Positions 18,187-27,399 of a stretch of 64,000 bases of DNA are shown piece by piece. The stretch lies in assembly GCA_963719945.1 (NCBI GenBank), contig CAVRDX010000003.1:128001-192000 (forward strand), written 5' to 3'. Every line of letters starts with the position of its first letter. The first letter of the stretch is position 1. The DNA is from an uncultured Thermoplasmata archaeon. GTDB lineage: Archaea > Thermoplasmatota > Thermoplasmata > UBA10834. The position numbers and the translations under genes are program-made. The notes beneath the pieces were generated by a model. The model searched no databases. It saw only the letters and a list, made by a program, of their open reading frames with translations, and was not told the origin of the DNA.

Positions 18187-18823
18187 GCCAAGGATCGTTA
18201 ATGAGATCCAGCTCAAGATTTCAGAGATAGCGCCGCCATCAGTTGACAGCATCAATCATCATGATTGGCTATCCGAGGAATCCCTCTCGGCATTCCATCG
18301 GGTTCTTGAGTCTGGGTCAACATTTGAAATGTACTTGTCCGAAGCTGCAAACTGCAAGATCGTGTCCCAAGCGGAGGATTCGGCTCCAAAGAGGCTCGAG
18401 GTGATGGGGTTTATGTTGGGCGAGGTGTGTTCTTGGAGAGGCGAGACTTACACGATCGTCTGGGATATCGGCACAACCTCTCTGAATAGCACGACTGCGA
18501 AGGTCAGGTTTGACCATAGGGCACTTCCGCGACTCTTCGGTGAACTCGATCGTTCTGGATTCGATTATGTCATAGTCGGCTGGTACCATTCCCATCCCGG
18601 GCACACTTGTTTCCTGTCAAAGACTGACCTCGACACTCAAAAGGCCATGTTCAATCAACCTTTTCATTCCGCGCTTGTCGTAGACCCGATAAACGCCGAT
18701 GTCAAGGTCTTCAAGCTCTCGGATCAGGGGTATCGCGAGGTTCCGTTTGCCATCACTTGCGCGGCTCGTGAAGGTAGAGCCGTGGAGAATCGTCAACGCA
18801 TTCGCCGACTCAAGACGAGATGA
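18179..18823 (+). CDS. JAB/MPN+ (JAMM) metallo-isopeptidase, Rpn11/CSN5-like
   Basis: EVMGFMLG, VGWYHSHPGHTCFLSKTD (complete E..HxHx7Sx2D), ALVVDPI; overlaps the E2 stop. Confidence 0.92.
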   Translation: MPRPRIVNEIQLKISEIAPPSVDSINHHDWLSEESLSAFHRVLESGSTFEMYLSEAANCKIVSQAEDSAPKRLEVMGFMLGEVCSWRGETYTIVWDIGTTSLNSTTAKVRFDHRALPRLFGELDRSGFDYVIVGWYHSHPGHTCFLSKTDLDTQKAMFNQPFHSALVVDPINADVKVFKLSDQGYREVPFAITCAAREGRAVENRQRIRRLKTR

Positions 18824-18904
18824 ATACATATGGTATGTGGGGGTATCTCTGGAAAGGTTTTTCGTGTCGACTTGTGTTAAGGAGTCAGGAGCCGGGGATG
18901 TAGA

Positions 18905-20062
18905 GTGACGAATGCGTATCGACTTGCCTGCATAATCGCAATGGTTGCTATAGTGTCGTCATCCATCCCTGTGAACGTATCCGGGGCCGCGGACTATGCT
19001 CTCTTTGTATCCGTCGACGAGACCAAGGTGAGCATGATATCTGGCAATTTCTCTGTTGCCGTGACCAGGGACTGGCCCCGAATCATATTCTGGCATACGA
19101 TCGATCCATTCTCGCCGACGTTCGAAGCTAGTTTTCCTCGGATGCATGTATTCAATGACTCTGATGACGACGGGATCTTCTGCAGATCCGAGGCCGTTGG
19201 CACGGTGTTCTTCGACTCCAATCATGCTACCTGGAACCTCTCCTCGATAATCTCTGATTATACTCCCGATATGGGCGAATACGCCATGTTCAGCATGTCT
19301 GCGGAGACATCAGTGTACAATGTATCCGGAGTAGGCCCTGCCATCATTGAGAACTGGGCGAATGTCACTTTCTGGTTCTGCTTGGCTGAGAAATCTGTCA
19401 CCTATGAAGCGCCTTTGGGCAGTTTTGTTGTTTCTGGCAAGACTGAGATGCGAGTCAACATGACCATTAGGATCAATAATTCCACATTCGCAGATTATAT
19501 CGCACTTGAGCGATTCCTGCAAGGTGGAGGAACGACGAATTCGTTCTTGGTGACGGAGGGTGATTTCCGATCCGATCCGGTTCTCACGCTTCTGTCTGGG
19601 TGGGACGATGAGACTCTCCTCGGCGAAGACTACACGAGACCTCTCAGGCAGACAGATGACGCAATCCAGGGCATCATGTACATCAAGGCGGATAAGACCG
19701 CTCAGGCACATTTTCTCTGGGGCACGGCTGCGCTGATGAACAACAAGTCATCGTCATTTGATTATGTGCTTGGTTCATCGTGCTACACAACAGGCGCTGG
19801 TCTGATGTTGCATTCCGCCATTCCTATCTCCAATGATACATGTTCCATTGGAGACCAAACTATCATCGGAATCGATGAATCGGGGTTTGTCGGAGGAGTC
19901 AGCGATTGGATAATGGAGTATCTTCCAGTGTTCGTCGGACTCATCATAGCCACAACGATATCTGTGCTGGCATTCTATCTCATCCGAAAGAAGCAGAAAA
20001 TCAAATCAAAAACGGAATCTGCGGATGATCTCGAGACGGATGAGATTCTGGGCGGTGTCTAG
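18905..20062 (+). CDS. Secreted/membrane-anchored protein of unknown function
   Basis: N-terminal signal peptide, many NxS/T sequons, C-terminal TM helix followed by RKKQK. Confidence 0.7.
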   Translation: MTNAYRLACIIAMVAIVSSSIPVNVSGAADYALFVSVDETKVSMISGNFSVAVTRDWPRIIFWHTIDPFSPTFEASFPRMHVFNDSDDDGIFCRSEAVGTVFFDSNHATWNLSSIISDYTPDMGEYAMFSMSAETSVYNVSGVGPAIIENWANVTFWFCLAEKSVTYEAPLGSFVVSGKTEMRVNMTIRINNSTFADYIALERFLQGGGTTNSFLVTEGDFRSDPVLTLLSGWDDETLLGEDYTRPLRQTDDAIQGIMYIKADKTAQAHFLWGTAALMNNKSSSFDYVLGSSCYTTGAGLMLHSAIPISNDTCSIGDQTIIGIDESGFVGGVSDWIMEYLPVFVGLIIATTISVLAFYLIRKKQKIKSKTESADDLETDEILGGV

Positions 20063-20595
20063 ACCCAGATCGCATGCCGCTTCCTGAGGGACCCCTCGCT
20101 CTGTCCGAGTTTCTCCATCAGTTTGGCAACGATACTGTCGAGATAGATCAGGGTGGCATCCTCGAAAAGAGTTCCGAGCGGTGCGAGAGTCTTCCTATAG
20201 TCATCCTTCGGAGGGTGTATCAGCATGACTAGATTGGATGCGCTCGCTAGCTTCGAGTGAGCATTGGCGGTGATTGTAATCACTCTCGCCCCGACCCTTC
20301 GTACGATATTCGCGGTCTGGATGGCGGACATCGTCTCTCCAGTGTGCGACACGATAATCACCAGGTTTCCTTCCTCGACAATGGGTGTGATAGTCTCGCC
20401 GACAAAATAGACTTCTAACCCCATCTGAACCAGTCTTATCGCGAATGCTTTGGCTATCAGGCCGGAGCGGCCAACACCATAAATGAAGATCCTGCGCGAT
20501 TCGATGATGGCATCTACAAACTTGTCCGTTTCCTCGACTTCATTTTCGAGCGTTTGCTGAATGCTCTTCAGTATATATTCGACGCTCTCCTTCAT
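20059..20595 (-). CDS. hxlB: 6-phospho-3-hexuloisomerase (SIS domain)
   Basis: IFIYGVGRSG, FAIRL, VGETITP, APLGTLFED, RHA C-terminus. Confidence 0.85.
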   Translation of the reverse strand: MKESVEYILKSIQQTLENEVEETDKFVDAIIESRRIFIYGVGRSGLIAKAFAIRLVQMGLEVYFVGETITPIVEEGNLVIIVSHTGETMSAIQTANIVRRVGARVITITANAHSKLASASNLVMLIHPPKDDYRKTLAPLGTLFEDATLIYLDSIVAKLMEKLGQSEGSLRKRHAIWV

Positions 20596-21635
20596 TTGGA
20601 TCCGGCCTTTTCCTTCTTCGAGCTGGTCTTCACCTCTTTGGAGACCTTCTTCGCTAGAACCCTCTCAAGGATGACCTTCATGTACATGGCATCATGCTCA
20701 AGCAGAGGTGAGCCAGATATGATTGTAATCGAATCGTTCCTGTCCACGATCGTTTCGGCCAGTGGCTCGAACCTGAGATCACCTTTCTTGATCGAAGTGT
20801 ATCTCTTCTCATTGCCGTTATCATGCTCAACGCCAGAGAAATGGGTGTAATACTCCCCCTTTATCAGATCACTTGTGGAATCCAATAACGCCTCGAAGTT
20901 CTTCTGGTCCTTGAGTTGGCCGTCTTCCCTCGCGTGATAGTGTGCGAAATTGATCACCGGAACTACACCATCGATGTCCTTGCATAGCTTGGTGATTTCC
21001 TGAAGAGAGCCATATATCTCCTGTCTGCCGCTCAATTCCAGGCCTATGGGTGCAGATATCTTCTGCTTCTTGTACCAACCTGCAAGCTCCTTGACCTTTT
21101 CTTTTATACGTCTTTGTGCCAGCTTGGGATCGGTCTCGCCATATAATCCAAGGTGCGTGACGACCATGGTGCCTCCCAGCTCCTTGGCGATCACACCTCC
21201 CCATCGGATGGAGTCCATGCTCTTGAACGACAACTCGCCATCGCTCACGAGATCCATATAGTATGGTGTGTGAATCGACAGCGCGACATCCAATTCCTCG
21301 GCCATAATCTTGAGTTTCCTCAGGTCGCTGTAGTTGTTGGCCAAGCCGCTCGACAATGTCACGAGCCTGTCTTCTGCCTTTATTGGTTCATCAAGGTCAT
21401 AAATGACCTCTTCCTTCGATTCCTTCCTCCTCACGATCTCAATGACCATGTCATTGGGGAGTTCTATCGGTTTCAAACCAATCTCTTCAGGTTCTGCCGT
21501 CCTCTCTTGCACATGCGCTCTGACCAACTGCGCCTCTAGCGCGGTGAGTCCGAGATGGTGAACATCCTCGATGCCATCCTTTAAAGTACGTCCTTTGCAG
21601 GATAGTGGTATTCCTGCAGGACCAAAACGTATCAT
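20592..21635 (-). CDS. Endonuclease IV-like TIM barrel protein (degenerate metal site)
   Basis: MIRFGPAGIP, SIHTPYY, GLELSGR, HFSG, NEKR. Confidence 0.75.
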   Translation of the reverse strand: MIRFGPAGIPLSCKGRTLKDGIEDVHHLGLTALEAQLVRAHVQERTAEPEEIGLKPIELPNDMVIEIVRRKESKEEVIYDLDEPIKAEDRLVTLSSGLANNYSDLRKLKIMAEELDVALSIHTPYYMDLVSDGELSFKSMDSIRWGGVIAKELGGTMVVTHLGLYGETDPKLAQRRIKEKVKELAGWYKKQKISAPIGLELSGRQEIYGSLQEITKLCKDIDGVVPVINFAHYHAREDGQLKDQKNFEALLDSTSDLIKGEYYTHFSGVEHDNGNEKRYTSIKKGDLRFEPLAETIVDRNDSITIISGSPLLEHDAMYMKVILERVLAKKVSKEVKTSSKKEKAGSK

Positions 21636-21879
21636 CTGAAATCCCTGAGCCCAGCTGGGTTTCCCGTGTATTACTTACTCCGTATATATTTTCTGTTGGA
21701 CCGACATATAATTGTTGCTACGGGGATTTGCTCCATGTCGAAGGTCCTTCAATGGCCGGTTCATGAATGACATCTGGCTCTGTCCAGATAACATGGACCA
21801 GTCTGCTCCCACAATACAAAGCTTTATAAACCGTTCCCACATTAAGACGCCTGCTCTCTGGTTGTCGGAGGAGTCAGAT

Positions 21880-22245
21880 ATGGGAAAGAAAACTAACAAG
21901 ACAAATCCCAACCTCGTGAGCCTGATACAGCGTCTGAAGGACGCAAGCAGGACTAACGAGGCACCTGTCTGGCGAGACATCGCAATTCGTCTAGAGGGAC
22001 CAGCAAGCAACTGGGCTGAGGTCAATGTCAGCAAACTCAACCGCTACGCGGAAGAGAATGATGTTGTCGTCATCCCTGGAAAGTTGCTCGGGTCCGGCGA
22101 TCTTGCGAAGCAGCTGACCGTCGCGGCGTACAGGTTTTCGGGACAGGCCAAGGATAAAGTGAAGAATGCTGGTGGACAGAACATGTCCATAGATGAGCTC
22201 ATCGCAAAGAACCCGAAGGGCTCCAAGATCAGGATTATGGGGTGA
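21880..22245 (+). CDS. rpl18e: 50S ribosomal protein L18e
   Basis: KTNPNL, EVNVSKL, PGKLLGSG, KIRIMG; SD GGAGG. Confidence 0.95.
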   Translation: MGKKTNKTNPNLVSLIQRLKDASRTNEAPVWRDIAIRLEGPASNWAEVNVSKLNRYAEENDVVVIPGKLLGSGDLAKQLTVAAYRFSGQAKDKVKNAGGQNMSIDELIAKNPKGSKIRIMG

Positions 22246-22249
22246 TCTG

Positions 22250-22675
22250 ATGGCGGTTATTGATGCTGATGGACTCGTCCTGGGAAGATTGTGCACACAT
22301 GTCGCAAAGCGTCTTCTCAACGGTGAGGAGATCTCTGTAGTGAACGCCGAGAATGCCATTGTCTCTGGAAACAGGGTCCAACTGCTCGCATTCTACAAGC
22401 ACAGGAGATCCCGAGGTAAGAACACACACGGTCCTTACTATCCGCGAAATGCGGATATGATACTCAAGCGCTCAGTCAGGGGCATGCTCGAATACAAGAA
22501 ACCCTCTGGACGAGCCGCCTATAAGAGGCTAAAGGTGTATGTCGGCGTCCCTGAGTCACTCAAGGGTCAGAAGCCAGAGACCCTTGAGAGCGCGAAGAAG
22601 CCACACCTTGTCAAGTACGTGCAGCTTAAGGAAATTACACTTGAACTGGGCTCTAGCAGGGAGTTGAACAAATGA
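22250..22675 (+). CDS. rpl13: 50S ribosomal protein L13
   Basis: IDADGLVLGRL, VVNAE, GPYYPR, RSVRGML, LKVYVGVP. Confidence 0.96.
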   Translation: MAVIDADGLVLGRLCTHVAKRLLNGEEISVVNAENAIVSGNRVQLLAFYKHRRSRGKNTHGPYYPRNADMILKRSVRGMLEYKKPSGRAAYKRLKVYVGVPESLKGQKPETLESAKKPHLVKYVQLKEITLELGSSRELNK

Positions 22676-23070
22676 AGGTTGTTGTTGCTAGCGGCAAGAG
22701 GAAGAGCGCTGTCGCGCGCGCAAGCGTCAAGAAGGGCAAGGGTCTGGTTCGAGTGAACAACGTTCCGATCGAGATATTCGAACCGGCACTCGCTAGAACC
22801 AAGATCATGGAGCCATTGACACTCGCCGGCGAACTGTCATCGAAGGTAAACATCGATGTGAATGTCCAGGGCGGAGGCATAATGGGACAGGCCTCAGCTT
22901 CAAGGACCGCGATTGCCAAGGGCATGGTGCAGTTCCTCGAGGACAAGGACCTCGAATCGATGTTCATGAAGTACGATCGTTCGCTCCTTGTGTCGGATCC
23001 GAGGAGAAAGCTTCCAAAGACGCCTTTGGGAAGAGGTGCAAGGAAGAAGCGCCAGAAATCGTACAGGTGA
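22672..23070 (+). CDS. rps9: 30S ribosomal protein S9
   Basis: GKRKSAVARA, GGGIMGQA, YDRSLLVSDPR, QKSYR. Confidence 0.97.
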   Translation: MKVVVASGKRKSAVARASVKKGKGLVRVNNVPIEIFEPALARTKIMEPLTLAGELSSKVNIDVNVQGGGIMGQASASRTAIAKGMVQFLEDKDLESMFMKYDRSLLVSDPRRKLPKTPLGRGARKKRQKSYR

Positions 23071-23076
23071 TCTACC

Positions 23077-23265
23077 TTGATAATACCCGTCAGATGTTTC
23101 ACTTGCGGAAAGGTCATCGGCAGTGCATACGAGGAATTCGTTAAGAGGGTCGAGATGGGAGAGCCGGCGAAAGACGTCCTCGATGCTCTACACCTCGACA
23201 GATACTGCTGCCGAAGGATGATCCTCACGCATGCGAACCTGATAGACGAAGTGGCTCCCTATTGA
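23077..23265 (+). CDS. rpo10: RNA polymerase subunit N (Rpo10)
   Basis: [19 protein letters not shown]. Confidence 0.97.
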   Translation: MIIPVRCFTCGKVIGSAYEEFVKRVEMGEPAKDVLDALHLDRYCCRRMILTHANLIDEVAPY

Positions 23266-23300
23266 AGATAGGGAGCCCCCTTCCAAAATTTTTCCTTCTC

Positions 23301-23373
23301 GGGCCCGTGGGGTAGCTTGGTATCCTTCCAGCTTGGGGTGCTGGTGACTCGTGTTCAAATCGCGACGGGCCCA
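23301..23373 (+). tRNA. tRNA-Pro(GGG), CCA not encoded, no intron
   Basis: Acceptor GGGCCCG/CGGGCCC, anticodon arm CCAGC-TTGGGGT-GCTGG, T arm TCGTG-TTCAAAT-CGCGA. Confidence 0.95.
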
Positions 23374-23394
23374 CTCAAGTACTACACATTATTC

Positions 23395-25233
23395 CTATTT
23401 CGCCAGTCTGTGTTCCTTCCTTTCTGAAACCTTCTCAAGCATGACGACCATTGTAGTGCCCTTGGTATGATCACCTGGCACATGGTTTTCTGCCCAGATG
23501 ATTCCTCCACAGGCGTTTGCGATCTTTCTCACCACGTGAAGGCCCAGGCCGGTTCCAGACACTGCGTTATCCCCTCTGAAGTATCTTTCAAAAATCTTCT
23601 CCTTGTCTTGGTCCTGGATACCTTTTCCGTTATCAATTACTCTGACGCACCAGAACTCCTTGTTCTTATGAGTCTCAGTCTGAGCCGTGACCTTGATTCT
23701 TACATCCGGTTTCGAATCGAATTTGACCGCATTGGTCAGCAGATTGACGAATAATCGACCAATGAGTGGATTGGCTTTAGCGTAGCATCCGTTCCTCGGG
23801 ACCTCCATGGAGATTGAGACCTTCCTATCGAAGAATATCGCCTTTGTCTCATCAACCGCCTCAGACATGACTTGGGATAGATCCCTTGGTTCACTCTCTT
23901 CCCCGTCGAGCGCATCCGCTTTTGACAGATCGCGGACGACGGCAGCCAATTCATAAGCTCCCTTGATATTCTTGACAATCACACCGACAGCCTTTCTATC
24001 CTTATCTGAAAGGTCAGCGGACTTCTTCACGGTATCAAGGAAGTGCATTGAAGCGGTCATGTAGTTGATGATGTCATGAGACAATAGGTCGTTGAAGAAC
24101 GCAGAATCATTCATCGCCTGCTCCATCTTTGTGCGCAGAATACTCTTCTCAGAAATATCTCTAATGACTAGGTGCACGCATTTCTCAGAGTGAATTGTGG
24201 TGAATCGAGCGGATATGTCTCCGACGATCTTCCGGCCGTCTCTGCCAATAAAGACCATAGTCCGGCCCTTGGCGATCCCTTCCTTATCGATCTGCCAGAC
24301 GCATCTGTCCCAGGCATCCTTTCCGTCCAGAAGGTAGGTGTCGATCCCAGCGTTCACGGGTCCATCGTCTGATATGTAGCCAAGCATCTCATTTGCGGCT
24401 TCATTGACCGTTTTCATCACACCATCGAGGGTGCATATAACAATCGGGTCCGGTGAGAGGTCGATCAGGGATCGGTATTTCTCTTCGGACCTTGACAATT
24501 CCTCAGTCCTCTTCCTGACCTGTCTCTCCAGGTCAAGGTTGAGATTCTGCAGGTCAAGGTTCCGCGATAGGATCTCTTCATTCAGCCTGAGCGTGTGCTC
24601 GGATATAGATTCCCTCACTGGCTGGATGCTCAATCCCATCTGTGCCAGGACCGATTTCGGGGCTACGATGAATCTACAGATATTATCTCCTTTGGAGACA
24701 CATTCGAGTTCCATTCCGAGGATCTCGTCATCTCCTTCCTCCTTGCCTTTCACAGGGAAAACCAGTTTGCCTATTCCTGCCAGGAATCCAGATATGTATG
24801 AACAGGATGGGCTCCTCTGGATCTCTCCACTTTGCAGAAACCCTATGGTCTCCACAGAATCATGACATGTGAATTCGATCAGCCGATAAATCGGGTCTAT
24901 TCGATGGACTGCTATCTGGCCGAAGCCATCCCTGATGCACGCATCCACTATCGATGCCAGGAATTCTTGGGGTTCCTTTTCTTTCCGTGATGCGACGAGC
25001 TCGCCGAGGCATTGTGCGGCCGATTCAAGGCCAGCACGGTATGTTAGTTCCCTCTCGAAGTAGCCGACATCCACGCCCAAGACCCGCTTGAGCGCGCATA
25101 ATCCATAGGCTGCGGTGAGAGTCTTCCTGTCCCGATTCCCGGGAGTCGATTGCCCCTGCTCTCTCGGTCGATCATTGACCTTAGTGGGGCCGTTGCCGTT
25201 CTCTTGCTCCTTCATAGGAATCACCTGGTTCAA
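23395..25233 (-). CDS. Soluble sensor histidine kinase: V4R, coiled coil, PAS, HisKA/HATPase
   Basis: V4R Cys pattern (CHDS..E, PSCSYISGFLAG, ELECVSKGDNICRF), PAS (SPDPI..VNEA), H-box LSHDIINY, NLLTNAVKF, DNGKGI, GTGLGL. Confidence 0.88.
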   Translation of the reverse strand: MNQVIPMKEQENGNGPTKVNDRPREQGQSTPGNRDRKTLTAAYGLCALKRVLGVDVGYFERELTYRAGLESAAQCLGELVASRKEKEPQEFLASIVDACIRDGFGQIAVHRIDPIYRLIEFTCHDSVETIGFLQSGEIQRSPSCSYISGFLAGIGKLVFPVKGKEEGDDEILGMELECVSKGDNICRFIVAPKSVLAQMGLSIQPVRESISEHTLRLNEEILSRNLDLQNLNLDLERQVRKRTEELSRSEEKYRSLIDLSPDPIVICTLDGVMKTVNEAANEMLGYISDDGPVNAGIDTYLLDGKDAWDRCVWQIDKEGIAKGRTMVFIGRDGRKIVGDISARFTTIHSEKCVHLVIRDISEKSILRTKMEQAMNDSAFFNDLLSHDIINYMTASMHFLDTVKKSADLSDKDRKAVGVIVKNIKGAYELAAVVRDLSKADALDGEESEPRDLSQVMSEAVDETKAIFFDRKVSISMEVPRNGCYAKANPLIGRLFVNLLTNAVKFDSKPDVRIKVTAQTETHKNKEFWCVRVIDNGKGIQDQDKEKIFERYFRGDNAVSGTGLGLHVVRKIANACGGIIWAENHVPGDHTKGTTMVVMLEKVSERKEHRLAK

Positions 25234-25372
25234 GCATTTCTTACATCTCTGCTTGTGTCGCAGGCACCGTGCCCAAGATGTCTATTTGTGGTGATTGGAA
25301 TGGTCGACAGAGTATATACTTTGGTGCTTACAATTTTCGAATCAATCATCCAATATGTTGACAAAACATCCA

Positions 25373-26239
25373 TCACTCATCCGCCTGGATGATCGCATGA
25401 GCGACTTTCAATGCCCTCACCGTCTCAGGAACATCGTGGACTCTGACAATGTCAGCACCGTTCCTTATCGCAACGACTGCGGCTGCGATCGACCCCTCCA
25501 GTCGCTGCTCTGGTGGCAGTCCCGTTATCTTCCCGATAAACGATTTCCTTGAGACGCCTATCACGATCGGCTTTCCCAGACTTCTGAACTCTCTCAATCT
25601 GGACAGAATCTGCAAGTTGTGGTCCAAGGTCTTGCCGAAACCGATGCCAGGGTCGACCATTATCTTCCTGGATCCTATCCCATCATTCTCCGCTTCTTCA
25701 ATCCGATCGCTTAGGAATGCCTTGATTTCCGCGACTACATCTCTGTATCGCGGCCTTGTCTGCATGGTTTTAGGCGCTCCTTTCATGTGCATGATGATCG
25801 CAGTCGCATCATGATCAGCGACGACCTTCCTCATTTCGCTGTGACGGAGACCTGTCACATCGTTGATGATGGTTGCTCCAGCATAGATCGCGCTCTCCGC
25901 GACCCTCGGTCTGTAAGTGTCTATGGAGATTCTTCCTGGATGCCGCCTTGCAAGCGCTTCCACGACTTCGATAGTCCTGCGCATCTCTTCTTCCTCTGAT
26001 GTTGGTTCAGAACCTGGCCTGGTCGATTCTCCACCTATGTCAACGATGTCCGCTCCTGAATCGAACATCATCTCTCCTCGTCCGATTGCAGTGAGATTAT
26101 CCCCAGCGATTCCGTCTCCTGAAAACGAATCCGGGGTGACGTTCAGGATTCCGATGACCCTGGGAACGTCCAATCTCAACGTGCAGGTGCCGAGTTTCAT
26201 AGAATCTGGTGAGCTATTCGTCCTCTTCTTTTCAGCCAA
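25373..26239 (-). CDS. folP: Dihydropteroate synthase
   Basis: GILNVTPDSFSGDG, DIGGESTRPG, DPGIGFGK, SRKSFIG, RVHDV; TTG start after SD GGTGAGG. Confidence 0.95.
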   Translation of the reverse strand: MAEKKRTNSSPDSMKLGTCTLRLDVPRVIGILNVTPDSFSGDGIAGDNLTAIGRGEMMFDSGADIVDIGGESTRPGSEPTSEEEEMRRTIEVVEALARRHPGRISIDTYRPRVAESAIYAGATIINDVTGLRHSEMRKVVADHDATAIIMHMKGAPKTMQTRPRYRDVVAEIKAFLSDRIEEAENDGIGSRKIMVDPGIGFGKTLDHNLQILSRLREFRSLGKPIVIGVSRKSFIGKITGLPPEQRLEGSIAAAVVAIRNGADIVRVHDVPETVRALKVAHAIIQADE

Positions 26240-26255
26240 GGTATCCTCACCGTCA

Positions 26256-27365
26256 TCATTTGACGAGAAGGTCATCGACTATCTCAGCTATGTCTCTTAT
26301 CTCTACATCGACCTTGATCAGGTCATTTCCGAACCTAAGGTTGGTCACACAGAATGGACATGAGGTGATCAGAACATCAGCAACATCCGAGGCTGCCTTC
26401 ACTCGCCGTGAAGCAATCCTCTGAGCTGCGCTTGGATCAGCTGAACGCACTCCTCCTCCGCCACCACAGCATTTCGCGGAATCCTTGCTATCCTTCAGCT
26501 CCACATAGGTCGATTCCGGAATCATCTTCAATATCTTTCTGGGCGCATCATAGACCTTCAGATGCCTTCCCATGTGGCATGGGTCGTGGTATGCGATCCT
26601 CTTCTTGAATGGTCTGAATTCGAGTTCTTTCCTTGCAAGGAACTCTGTGAGATGGAGTGCTTCAAAGCCCAGTTCCATGTGCTTGGGGTACTCCTTTCTG
26701 AACATCTTGAGGCATCCAGCGCATGTGAATATCAAGGTCTTCACGCCTAGCCGCTTCACTGCCTCGACATTCGCCCTCATCAGTTCTAGGGCGAGTTTAT
26801 CCTCCTGGCCAGTCCTTCTGAGCGTGCTTCCGCAGCAGACCTCATCGACCATCGTGAAATCGACTTTGAGCTTCTTAAGGATCGAAATGGTGTGTCTGGC
26901 AATCTCGGGAAGTCTGTATCTTGCAGTACATCCCACGAAATATCCTACCTCAGCTTCTTTGATTGGCCATTCAAAGTCGACCTTTGCGGATTCACCATAC
27001 GGGTTCCCGGTCTTCTTCACATTCTCCTTGATCTTGGTATGTGCATCCAGTCCACAGCCAGCTTCGACTATGTCTGCTCTGACCGCCTCGACTATGTCGA
27101 CTACTTGGATGTTGGATGGGCACCGTCGTTCGCAGTCTTTACAGGTGGTGCATTGGTAGAGTCGCTTAACGACAGATTCGTCAGCGGGTATCTCGCCGCG
27201 CACAAGGCCGTATGCAAGAATCACTTTGCCTCTCGCGACTGATGGATCCCATTGGTTGTCTTCGAAGTAGGGGCAGACGCTCTTGCAGAAACCGCAGAAA
27301 GTGCAAGTTAGCATCTCCTTCTCGAGTTTCCTTGCCCGGTCCGCCTTTATCTTCTTGCCAACCAT
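26256..27365 (-). CDS. Fe-S oxidoreductase, GlcF/HdrD-like (2x[4Fe-4S] plus CCG domains)
   Basis: CTFCGFCKSVCP, CTTCKDCERRCP, EVCCG, YHDPCH, CCGGGGG, TSCPFC. Confidence 0.9.
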   Translation of the reverse strand: MVGKKIKADRARKLEKEMLTCTFCGFCKSVCPYFEDNQWDPSVARGKVILAYGLVRGEIPADESVVKRLYQCTTCKDCERRCPSNIQVVDIVEAVRADIVEAGCGLDAHTKIKENVKKTGNPYGESAKVDFEWPIKEAEVGYFVGCTARYRLPEIARHTISILKKLKVDFTMVDEVCCGSTLRRTGQEDKLALELMRANVEAVKRLGVKTLIFTCAGCLKMFRKEYPKHMELGFEALHLTEFLARKELEFRPFKKRIAYHDPCHMGRHLKVYDAPRKILKMIPESTYVELKDSKDSAKCCGGGGGVRSADPSAAQRIASRRVKAASDVADVLITSCPFCVTNLRFGNDLIKVDVEIRDIAEIVDDLLVK

Positions 27366-27399
27366 ATGACTCGCCGATCGGTGATGAAGCCAGTAGCGT

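Noticed and set aside
23301-25300. Integrated element at tRNA-Pro
   Set aside because: I found no integrase and no duplicated tRNA 3' end, and housekeeping genes resume immediately.
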